From an uncultured Nitrospiraceae bacterium (lineage in GTDB: Bacteria; Nitrospirota; Thermodesulfovibrionia; Thermodesulfovibrionales; SM23-35): a DNA stretch of 41,413 bases. The notes under the pieces were generated by a model that did no database searches, was not told the origin of the DNA, and worked only from the letters and a program-made list of their open reading frames with translations. The translations under genes were made by a program, and so were the position numbers. Each line of letters opens with the position of its first letter. Position 1 is the stretch's first letter. Positions 1 to 7,404 of this stretch are shown here, in pieces. Where the stretch lies: NCBI GenBank assembly GCA_964558725.1, contig CAZLFE010000001.1, forward strand, positions 45,999-87,411. The letters run 5' to 3'.

Positions 1-173
1 GTTAAAATTTTGTATATATTTTTTAAGCCCAACTTCAAAAACTACCAAAAATAGTTCAAGTTCAACTTCAAAATTTATTTTCTCAGAACCTTACTTATAA
101 GGGATTACTTCGTTTAGAGGCTTTACTCCTACAAGATAAGCCCTTTATACCTGACTTATTCCCTAAGATTAAA

Positions 174-545
174 ATGGGCAATAATATTATAAAAAGGATA
201 ATGTTGGCGCATAAAGGAATGAAAAAATTTAACAAAGATAATTTATTCGATATTTTCCTTGAATCAAGATACTCATCATTAGATGTCCTCATTTTAAAGG
301 GGAGATTTGACTTATTCAAAGAATACGAAAGGTTTAAGAAAATATGGAAAAAGGGTCTTTTGAGTTCTTTAGAGATATCACAAATTACTAAAATAAAGGG
401 GCAAAGGCTAGGGGAAGTAATAATTCAATTAAAGAGGGCACAATTTGAGAGAAAGATCAGAAATACATATGCTGCAAAAAAGCTCCTATTAAATATTTTA
501 CATAATATATCTTATCAGACATTACGTATGAACAAAGATTGTTAG
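174..545 (+). CDS. Short ORF resembling only the C-terminal tail of class-II CCA-adding / poly(A) polymerase family enzymes; possibly a truncated remnant
   Basis: The frame is open from nt 27, with in-frame stops at 3-5 and 24-26 and an ATG at 174. The segment ...GQRLGEVIIQLKRAQFERKIRN... looks like the C-terminal tail of CCA-adding enzymes. No nucleotidyltransferase head can lie upstream in this frame. This rests on memory of the family only. Confidence 0.3.
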   Translation: MGNNIIKRIMLAHKGMKKFNKDNLFDIFLESRYSSLDVLILKGRFDLFKEYERFKKIWKKGLLSSLEISQITKIKGQRLGEVIIQLKRAQFERKIRNTYAAKKLLLNILHNISYQTLRMNKDC

Positions 546-636
546 TAAACTGTTATTAAAGGTGTTTAGAACTTATCCTGGCTTCTGAGAAATGCAGGTT
601 CTATCATCATTGAACAGGATTTAGGCATACAAATAA

Positions 637-1893
637 TTATTTAAAATCAACATGTTTTGCGTTCTCTATCGAGTCTCCCCTCAGGCTATTTTCTTCGATA
701 CCAGAAATCCTTACTCTTACAAAGGCTCCTTTGGGGTATCCATTAGAAGGCATCCTTACCTTCAAGTAGTTACTTGATGTACCAAGGGATGTGTGATCTG
801 TACCCTTCTCTTCTATAATAACGTCAAGGGTTTTATTTACCTGTGATACCATATATGCCATCCTCTTCCTGTCACTTAAAGCCTTCAGCTCATTAAGTCT
901 TTCACTCTTGACAGATGAAGTGTTCTGGTCAGCCAATTTGTAGGCTAAGGTATTTGGCCTTGGCGAGAAAGGAAAGATATGCATATATGCTATCGGTAGA
1001 GAATCAAGTAGTCTCTTTGTATTCTTGAACTCCCTATCGCCTTCTCCTGGAAATCCAACAATTACATCAGTGCCTACAGCTATATCAGATACCTTTTTTA
1101 TTATATTCTCAACAGTAGATAAATAATCTTTGGATGAATACATCCTATTCATAAGCCTCAGTATCACATCATCGCCACTCTGAAGCGGCAGATGTATGTG
1201 TTTGCAAATCCTCTCTTCCTGAAGAAGTTCTATAAGTTCATTATCAATTTCCTTAATCTCGATAGAACTCAGCCTGATTCTTTTAAGTTTTGTTTTATTT
1301 AGCAGGGTTTTAAGGATGCCTGAAAGTTTTGATTTAGGTTTTAAATCATATCCGTATGAACCAAGGTGTATTCCTGTAAGTACAATCTCATGGTAACCAG
1401 CAGCCTCGATCTCTCTGGCTCGTTGAATGACTTCGAGGGTACCAAGGCTCCTTGACTTTCCTCTAGCCAAAGGCACAGTACAGTAAGTACATGAAAGATT
1501 ACAGCCATCCTGTATCTTCAGATATGGCCTGGACCTACTTCCAGAAGTAAAAGCTATACTTGCACAATTATTAACTATCATATTGATAATACTTAATTTA
1601 TTATTATTGTTTACAATCCTGAATACGCCTTGGATATTTTTTATTTCCTCTGACCTCAATTGAGAGTAACAGCCAGTGACAATAACCTTAGCGCCGGCTC
1701 TCACAGCCCTTCTTATGAGCTGTCTTGACTGGTAGTCACTTTTTGCTGTTACGGTACAGGTATTTACAATGCAGTAATCTGGATGTTCAGATAAATCTAC
1801 CACAGACCATCCGAATTCTTTAAGATTGCCTTCAATGATGTCACTCTCTGACTGATTAACCCTACAGCCAAGGGTGAGGACTGAGACTTTCAT
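637..1893 (-). CDS. mtaB: Radical-SAM methylthiotransferase, MtaB/YqeV-like (tRNA ms2t6A)
   Basis: 418 aa. It has the N-terminal MTTase motif VLTLGCRVNQSESD and the radical SAM motif CNLSCTYC (Cx3Cx2C). The ATG start is at 1891-1893. It lies adjacent to its paralog miaB. Confidence 0.8.
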   Translation of the reverse strand: MKVSVLTLGCRVNQSESDIIEGNLKEFGWSVVDLSEHPDYCIVNTCTVTAKSDYQSRQLIRRAVRAGAKVIVTGCYSQLRSEEIKNIQGVFRIVNNNNKLSIINMIVNNCASIAFTSGSRSRPYLKIQDGCNLSCTYCTVPLARGKSRSLGTLEVIQRAREIEAAGYHEIVLTGIHLGSYGYDLKPKSKLSGILKTLLNKTKLKRIRLSSIEIKEIDNELIELLQEERICKHIHLPLQSGDDVILRLMNRMYSSKDYLSTVENIIKKVSDIAVGTDVIVGFPGEGDREFKNTKRLLDSLPIAYMHIFPFSPRPNTLAYKLADQNTSSVKSERLNELKALSDRKRMAYMVSQVNKTLDVIIEEKGTDHTSLGTSSNYLKVRMPSNGYPKGAFVRVRISGIEENSLRGDSIENAKHVDFK

Positions 1894-1971
1894 TTCGTCC
1901 CTTTCTCTCCAATAAGTTTATTCATGTATATATAATGGATATAGGTAAGGGTAAGGTGCTTCACTTTACTT

Positions 1972-3285
1972 TTAAACACTTAAAGCCTTGAAACCGGTTT
2001 TATCATGCCTTCCTTCAAGAGAATGCTGCCTTCCGCATGTTATTTCTACAAATATCAAGGAGCCTTTCTTCACATCTATCTTTGGGACATTGACTATTTT
2101 ATGAGTCCTTGTTCTTCCTGCAAGTTTCTCCCTGTTTATCTTGCTTTCCCCTTCGATAAGTATCTCCTGGATTGTACCCTCGAGAGACTTGTTTTTCTTC
2201 TCTGTTATCTCTTCTTGAACTTTTAATATTTGACTTAGCCTATCGGATTTTATCTCTTCTGATAGTTGATTCATCCCTGAAGCCTTTGTTCCAGGCCTCG
2301 GTGAAAACTTAAAGGCAAATATCCCATCGAACTCTATCTCTTCTAGTGCCTTTATTGTCAGCATATGGTCCTCATCTGTTTCTCCAGGGAACCCAGCTAT
2401 AATATCGGAAGTTATCGCAATACCAGCGACCTTTTCTCTAAGCTTAGAAACCTTTCCAATGTATTCTTCATATGTATACCCTCTATTCATAAGCTTTAGT
2501 ATTTTCCTTGAGCCTGATTGCAAGGGAAGGTGAATATGCTCACATACCTTAGGCAGTTCAGCTATTGCATTTATAAGCTCATCGGAAAGGTCTCTCGGAT
2601 GGGAAGTTATGAATCTTATCCTTTCTATTCCCCCTACCCTGTCAAGTCTTCTTAAAAGCCCCGGAAAATCCGTATCACTCCTATAGGAGTTGACATTCTG
2701 TCCGAGAAGGGTTATTTCCTTGTATCCTCTTCCTGCAAGTTCTTTAACTTCTGACAATATGTTTTCCGTTGGCCTTGACCTCTCCTTTCCTCTCGTATAA
2801 GGGACTACGCAGTAACTACAGAAATTATTGCAGCCATACATTATCGCGACCCAGGCCCTTACTCCATCAGCCCTTTTTACAGGAAGATCCGTTTCTGCTA
2901 TTTCAGGATTATCTTCTGTAACTATAGACGCAATCTCTCCTGACATAAGATTTTTAAGGGTATATATGTTCTGTGGTCCGAATACAAAATTCACATAAGG
3001 CGCTTTTCTTATGATACTTTCCCCTTCCTGCTGCGCTATGCATCCTGCAACAGCTATCTTCATCTTTGGTCTTCTTTTCTTATAAGCCTTGGCTCTTCCG
3101 AGCTCACTGTAAAACTTTTGTTCAGCCTTTTGTCTTATGCTGCATGTGTTAAATATGATCAGGTCAGCCTTGCGCGGGTCTCCTGTCTCAGAATATCCCT
3201 CTCGTTCCAGAACCCCGAGCATTTTCTCGGAGTCATGGACATTCATCTGACAACCAAAGGTGCGGATATAAACGGTCTTTTGCAT
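1972..3285 (-). CDS. miaB: tRNA-2-methylthio-N6-dimethylallyladenosine synthase MiaB
   Basis: Motifs seen are IRTFGCQMNVHDSE and GCNNFCSYC (Cx3Cx2C), plus a C-terminal TRAM-like region. The ORF-track start at 3321 is a TTG. The ATG at 3283-3285 (MQKTVYIRTFGCQMN) matches the usual MiaB N-terminus. Confidence 0.9.
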   Translation of the reverse strand: MQKTVYIRTFGCQMNVHDSEKMLGVLEREGYSETGDPRKADLIIFNTCSIRQKAEQKFYSELGRAKAYKKRRPKMKIAVAGCIAQQEGESIIRKAPYVNFVFGPQNIYTLKNLMSGEIASIVTEDNPEIAETDLPVKRADGVRAWVAIMYGCNNFCSYCVVPYTRGKERSRPTENILSEVKELAGRGYKEITLLGQNVNSYRSDTDFPGLLRRLDRVGGIERIRFITSHPRDLSDELINAIAELPKVCEHIHLPLQSGSRKILKLMNRGYTYEEYIGKVSKLREKVAGIAITSDIIAGFPGETDEDHMLTIKALEEIEFDGIFAFKFSPRPGTKASGMNQLSEEIKSDRLSQILKVQEEITEKKNKSLEGTIQEILIEGESKINREKLAGRTRTHKIVNVPKIDVKKGSLIFVEITCGRQHSLEGRHDKTGFKALSV

Positions 3286-3328
3286 TTTAAAAATGTAACA
3301 TTTATTATCTCTTTCTGACAAGAATAGC

Positions 3329-3728
3329 CTAAAGGTAGCGAACTTTACTGACAGCTGCGGAAATCACAAATATTTTCAGATTGTTGCTCCTCGGATCTGG
3401 CGGAAAGAGGAAAAAGCCAGGGCGCTTCGGATCATAGCCCATAGTAGACCCGACAAGGACCTCACTATCCTTAAATGTCACTTCTACTTTACGCCCAGAC
3501 GGATTCTGCCCCTCTGTGAAATGTTTCACTTCGTTATGAGAGGGGTTCCCGATAAAATCCCTCACAAAAAAAAACAGCCTTAAGATCTTTTAAATGAACT
3601 TCAACTACCTTGCCACCGAAAATTGACTTCAGGTGAAACACAGACTTATTTGGAAAGAAATCATGGGTATAACCCTTCAAAACTCTTCCATCTGAGTATC
3701 GTGCGACAATCTTGATAATATCTACCAT
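3329..3728 (-). pseudogene. Small protein of two similar halves and unknown function, split by a frameshift at a T9 (plus-strand A9) homopolymer
   Basis: The ORFs 3534-3728 and 3329-3565 overlap at the homopolymer 3566-3574. Removing one T reads ...HLKDLKAVFF-V-RDFIGNPSHNEVKHF... and gives one 132-aa ORF. Confidence 0.6.
3566..3574. repeat. A9/T9 homopolymer at the frameshift point
   Basis: The plus strand reads cac-aaaaaaaaa-cag. Confidence 0.95.
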
Positions 3729-3827
3729 AGCTTCTACAAAATTCTTTAAAATTATTTTACGTTTGAGAGGTATGGGATATGAACAAACGCTTATCAGTTA
3801 TACCAAAGATGCAAAAGAATAATTTTT

Positions 3828-4388
3828 CTATTCCTTTTCAAGCCATTTCTTGAGGGTATCAATTTCATTTTCACTCAAACTCAAGGTTGGCGACGGTCTC
3901 TCCCCTGAAAGTTGTGCCATAACCTTCCACATTTCCGTTCTCACAATTCCATAGGTATCTGTGAAGCTTTGAAGATTTTGCTCCATCTGTGGCATAACCG
4001 CCATCAGATCTTTCGATGCCTTTTCGATCTTATCCAACCGTGCATATGATATAGCACGTGAGAACTTCGCCATAGCATAATCGGTCTTTAGTTCTAATGC
4101 CTTTGTAAAATCTTCAACAGCTTTTTCAAACTCATGTTTGTGCATGTATCCCATTCCGCGGAAGTAGTATGCCCTTGCACTCTGGCCATTTGCATTGATA
4201 GCATCGTTTAAATCATTGATAGCCTCATCTATCTGTTTTAACTTCAGGTGGGCAGCTCCGCGGCTTAAATGAGCTATATAAGGATCGGCTCCTGCTTCAA
4301 TAGCTTTGGTAAACGCTTCAATGCTTTCTTTATCTTTTCCGTCAACAAGAAGCAGTTGAGCTTCTTCAAGCAGCCTCATAGGATCCAC
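3828..4388 (-). CDS. TPR-repeat protein
   Basis: 186 aa with 34-residue TPR-like periodicity (AFTKAIEAGADP..., ARAYYFRGMGYMHKHEFEKAVEDFTKALEL...). The GTG start at 4386-4388 is preceded by GGGGAGG and a 5-nt spacer. Confidence 0.8.
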   Translation of the reverse strand: MDPMRLLEEAQLLLVDGKDKESIEAFTKAIEAGADPYIAHLSRGAAHLKLKQIDEAINDLNDAINANGQSARAYYFRGMGYMHKHEFEKAVEDFTKALELKTDYAMAKFSRAISYARLDKIEKASKDLMAVMPQMEQNLQSFTDTYGIVRTEMWKVMAQLSGERPSPTLSLSENEIDTLKKWLEKE

Positions 4389-4563
4389 GTAAACCTCCCC
4401 AGAAATTTAACAGTTCTTTCATTTATTCTTAATATGTATTGATAAACTGTAACAGAATTTTAAAAATTAAACAACGCAGAAAGTTAGTCATTGGGAACAT
4501 TTTTATATGTCAAGGATGACTGAAGCATTCTAAAGAAGTGAAATATTGAGGATTGGCGTGGGT

Positions 4564-4607
4564 GCCAACTTCACTGCGGTTTTTGGAATAGAATTAGTGA
4601 AGTTGGC
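4564..4607. repeat. Perfect 12-bp inverted repeat with a 20-nt loop, between the Kelch and TPR genes
   Basis: gccaacttcact (4564-4575) pairs with agtgaagttggc (4596-4607). No U-tract follows on either strand. Confidence 0.6.
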
Positions 4608-4643
4608 AACCCTGTACTCTGCATATTCTGGCTCAAGTCACTC

Positions 4644-5603
4644 TTACGGAGCGCATTTAAATACCTGGTTCACGTCATTCAGTTCGTCAGTCTCAGTGAC
4701 ACCTCCACCTACCACATAAATCCTTCCTCCATGAGATATGCCCTGAACCTCAGCCGTCCCAGAGAGAGCAGAATCTGAAACACTCCATCTGTCCTTCACA
4801 GGGTTGTAGACAAAGTGTGTTGTAGTAGGCTTTCCCGTTGTTGAATCGTATCCACCGATTATATGGATCTTATTGCCGCATTTCCCTGCTACTGGATTAG
4901 CCAGAGGCCCTGGCATTGGCGCCCCAACGGTCCATGTATCCTTAGCGATTCTGTAGATGTAGGTGGTGTTCATTATGGCACCATTTTCATCATAGCCGCC
5001 GAATACATAAATCTTGTTGCCATGCTTAACCACTGCAGCGTCTGACCGTGCTTCCGGCATTGGTGTTTTAGTGACCCATGTATCTTCTGCGATTTTGTAG
5101 ATTTCTAATGTTGCCAAAGCATCAGCTGCACCAGTGGTTTCGCCTGTTCTTCCTCCTATTACAAAGATCCGTCCACCGTGATATACAGCCATGTGCTCAG
5201 TTGCCCTGGCAGTCGGCATAGGAGTTAGGTCTGTCCAGGAACCAGTTATAGGATCATAGCGCCAGAGATCATTACCAACTGTCCCTACTGGTCTTCCTCC
5301 TATAAGGTAAACATATGAACCATCTGAGACAGCCGCCGCTCCAGCTCTTGCATCATCAGGCAGTGGTTCCTTCGTTTCCCACTTATCAGAAACTGGGTCA
5401 TAAGCCTCGTTAATTGCCGTGTCCCCAGAAGCATCTTCTCCGGCAATGTAATAGAAGATGCCTTCAACTTGAGCAGCACCGTATCCTACCCTTGGTGTCG
5501 TAATAGGTTCTTTCGTGGCCCAAAATCCTTTCGCCACAACAACAGTTGCACCGAGGGCTATGACAATCAACCCAATTAGTAATATCGTTGTAATTCTTTT
5601 CAT
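4644..5603 (-). CDS. Secreted or membrane-anchored Kelch-repeat beta-propeller protein
   Basis: There are about 6 repeats with GG signatures (GGRIFVIGG, GNKIYVFGGY, GNKIHIIGGY, GGRIYVVGG). The N-terminus is hydrophobic (MKRITTILLIGLIVIALGATVVVA). The ATG at 5601-5603 is preceded by AAGGAGG and a 5-nt spacer. Confidence 0.8.
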   Translation of the reverse strand: MKRITTILLIGLIVIALGATVVVAKGFWATKEPITTPRVGYGAAQVEGIFYYIAGEDASGDTAINEAYDPVSDKWETKEPLPDDARAGAAAVSDGSYVYLIGGRPVGTVGNDLWRYDPITGSWTDLTPMPTARATEHMAVYHGGRIFVIGGRTGETTGAADALATLEIYKIAEDTWVTKTPMPEARSDAAVVKHGNKIYVFGGYDENGAIMNTTYIYRIAKDTWTVGAPMPGPLANPVAGKCGNKIHIIGGYDSTTGKPTTTHFVYNPVKDRWSVSDSALSGTAEVQGISHGGRIYVVGGGVTETDELNDVNQVFKCAP

Positions 5604-5827
5604 TGTCACCTCCTTCTTTGACCTATGTTAACAATTCTCTGTTTCACTTAACAATCGTCATCTCATAGAAAATCACCTCCTTTTATACCCTAACCAAGAG
5701 GTCTGAACCTATCAAAAGTTCGTCCCGGAGTCCCCCTGATTTTCTCTGAATAGATGAAAGTTATAACTAAATATTACCTGCAAATTGATTGGTAAGAGGT
5801 GATTGAAATCACAACATACTAATAAGG

Positions 5828-5953
5828 TCATAAGTATGAAGACATTGATTGTAAAATCCCTCCTATCCTCCCTTTGCCAAAGGGAGGGAATGTACCCCTC
5901 TTTGGCAAAGAGGGGTGTGGGGAGATTTTTAATAATGATGCCTTACTTATGCA
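5828..5953. repeat. Nested GC-rich palindromic element (REP/MITE-like), family A
   Basis: The core is aaaatccctcc...ctccctttgccaaagggagg...cccctctttggcaaagagggg...ggggagatttt. It is flanked by an imperfect outer inverted repeat (cataagtatgaagacat / atgccttacttatg). Related copies lie at 27536-27580, 39693-39728 and 39815-39843. Confidence 0.65.
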
Positions 5954-6166
5954 CTCATTAGTAATTGCTTACGCAAGTATTTTCTTTTAAGGGAGTTTGT
6001 GAATTAATGATTAATTAGTCGAAGGTATCTATATCTCTTGTTTCCTGAGTATAAGGCTTTTGGTGAGTCATTGTTCATCATGAGGCTTTATAAGAATGTA
6101 ATTGAATAGATTTTAAAATTATTGATTATCGTCAGAAAGTTGCATTTCATCATTATTGAAAGACTA

Positions 6167-6200
6167 CGAAAAAAGAGGCTGGAGAATTTCTTCTCCAGCC
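6167..6200 (-). terminator. Rho-independent terminator
   Basis: On the minus strand, ggctggagaa-gaaa-ttctccagcc forms a 10-bp stem with a GAAA loop, followed by tcttttttcg. Confidence 0.8.
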
Positions 6201-6229
6201 CAATCCGTGTGTGTGCACGTGGAGCAGGA

Positions 6230-6298
6230 CTATTTCTTCTTCTTTGCCGGCTTCTTCGCTGCTGCTTTCTTCTTGGCTGCTGCCTTTTTAATGGCCAC
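6230..6298 (-). CDS. 22-codon Lys/Ala-rich mini-ORF (MAIKKAAAKKKAAAKKPAKKKK), histone-H1-tail-like
   Basis: A GTG start at 6296-6298 is preceded by GGGGGTGA and a 6-nt spacer. The TAG stop is at 6230-6232. A strong terminator lies 29 nt downstream. This ORF is not in the supplied ORF track because it is under 60 aa. Confidence 0.4.
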   Translation of the reverse strand: MAIKKAAAKKKAAAKKPAKKKK

Positions 6299-6360
6299 TA
6301 ATACTCACCCCCTTTCTATCCCGCACGCATCATCTATAAGTGAAGTGCGGGAAGACTGTT

Positions 6361-6915
6361 TTAAGGTTTACCTATCAAGGTAATCCTTTTACCTGACAAT
6401 ATTTTTTTTAGATTAGCATCCCTCTTTTTTTTCTTTACTCTGTATTCGTCCTCATCCATCGCAGTGCAGTTGATTTTTTGATTAAACCTTCTTTCAATAT
6501 CTTTCAGTTCTTTTGTAGGAGAAGTGACCGCGCCGATAACAAAAAGATCCACTGTTTCCACATTATCTCCTTCCGCATATGGACCATAGAGAAGAGCAGC
6601 TTTTGCACCTGAAGCCCTCAAAACTGCTTTTAGTGCACCCGGCAGCCCAAGAGACTTTGTTATAAGGTTTTTCAGCTCAGAATATAATGGCGAGTCTGTA
6701 TTTGCATGAAAATATTTGAGATTAGCAATTTTTTCGCTACTCACGATACCCATCTTTTCAAGATTATCGAGTTCTCTCTTGACACCAGATGGATTTTTTC
6801 TGAGGAGCTTTGCTATCTCTCTGATGTAGAACTGCTCGTCGGGACTATTAAGGAGAAGGGAGAGGACATCCGCCCTTATTGATGATGAGAATAAACTCTT
6901 TAACATTATGCCCAT
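6361..6915 (-). CDS. Winged-helix (ArsR-like) transcriptional regulator with a degenerate nucleotidyltransferase-like C-terminal domain
   Basis: The N-terminus (RADVLSLLLNSPDEQFYIREIAKLLRKNPSGVKRELDNLEKMGIV) is wHTH-like. The C-terminus (ALLYGPYAEGDNVETVDLFVIG) resembles a degraded minimal-NTase G-S/D-x-D motif. Confidence 0.7.
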   Translation of the reverse strand: MGIMLKSLFSSSIRADVLSLLLNSPDEQFYIREIAKLLRKNPSGVKRELDNLEKMGIVSSEKIANLKYFHANTDSPLYSELKNLITKSLGLPGALKAVLRASGAKAALLYGPYAEGDNVETVDLFVIGAVTSPTKELKDIERRFNQKINCTAMDEDEYRVKKKKRDANLKKILSGKRITLIGKP

Positions 6916-7038
6916 CTAAATAATATATATACAATGATAATTCGTATTTGTCAACAAAAAAATTACATTAGGAAACAAATGATGCATTTTTGAAAACGAT
7001 TACATGGATGCTTTTAGAATTTTTTTTCCGAGAGAAAT

Positions 7039-7187
7039 GTTTTAAGGCTTTGTCAGCCTGTTGAAAAACTCTATTTCCCTGTCTCCCTGAGTGAAACGAA
7101 GGGTCTCAATTTGTCTGAGACTACCAGATTCTTCGCTTTGCTCAGAATGACAGATCGACGTTTTAAGCCTTTTTCAACAGACTGTTG
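7039..7187. repeat. Composite palindromic element (MITE-like), family B
   Basis: A 15-bp terminal inverted repeat, cagcctgttgaaaaa (7054-7068) / tttttcaacagactg (7170-7184), matches at 14 of 15 positions. An inner palindrome ctgagtgaaacgaag...cttcgctttgctcag ends in gaatgaca. Confidence 0.6.
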
Positions 7188-7404
7188 TTATTTGAAAAAC
7201 AGTTCAGTAATATTTGATGTAGAAAATGTCCGAGGACTTGTACAAAACAAAATTCTTTCTTTAAATCCATGGAGTGAAGAAAAACAAACCTTCATTGAAA
7301 GCTGAAAAGATTTTCAGGAGATAAGTTAAAAACACTAACTTTAAAAATAATGAAAAAGAATTAGACGGCCCTACCTCTTTATAAGTAGTCTTAGATCTCA
7401 TTTT

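Noticed and set aside
95-319. 74-aa minus-strand ORF at the window start
   Set aside because: It overlaps the plus-strand ORF 174-545 and has an AT-rich, low-information sequence. Neither ORF is strong. I kept only the plus-strand ORF because it has a recognisable tail-domain pattern.
3566-3574. Classical -1 programmed ribosomal frameshift on the U-rich heptamer
   Set aside because: The downstream frame is reached by +1 (or -2), not -1, so the standard X XXY YYZ -1 mechanism does not rescue the gene. Transcriptional slippage or a sequencing error are more plausible explanations.
6156-6383. 75-aa plus-strand ORF (MKDYEKRGW...FFFFAGFFAAAFFLAAAFL...)
   Set aside because: The low-complexity Phe/Ala stretch is the reverse-complement shadow of the Lys/Ala mini-ORF. 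The ORF runs through the minus-strand terminator hairpin and into the regulator gene, and it has no SD.
7111-7305. 64-aa plus-strand ORF (MSETTRFFALLRMTDRRFKPFSTDCC...)
   Set aside because: Its first half is translated from the family B palindromic repeat (7081-7187). Peptides of this kind are typical repeat-derived artefacts.
7306-7404. Possible terminator after the giant gene (agactac...gtag-ggcc-gtct followed by aattcttttt on the minus strand)
   Set aside because: The stem is bulged and short and the U-tract is interrupted, so the evidence is not strong enough to call.
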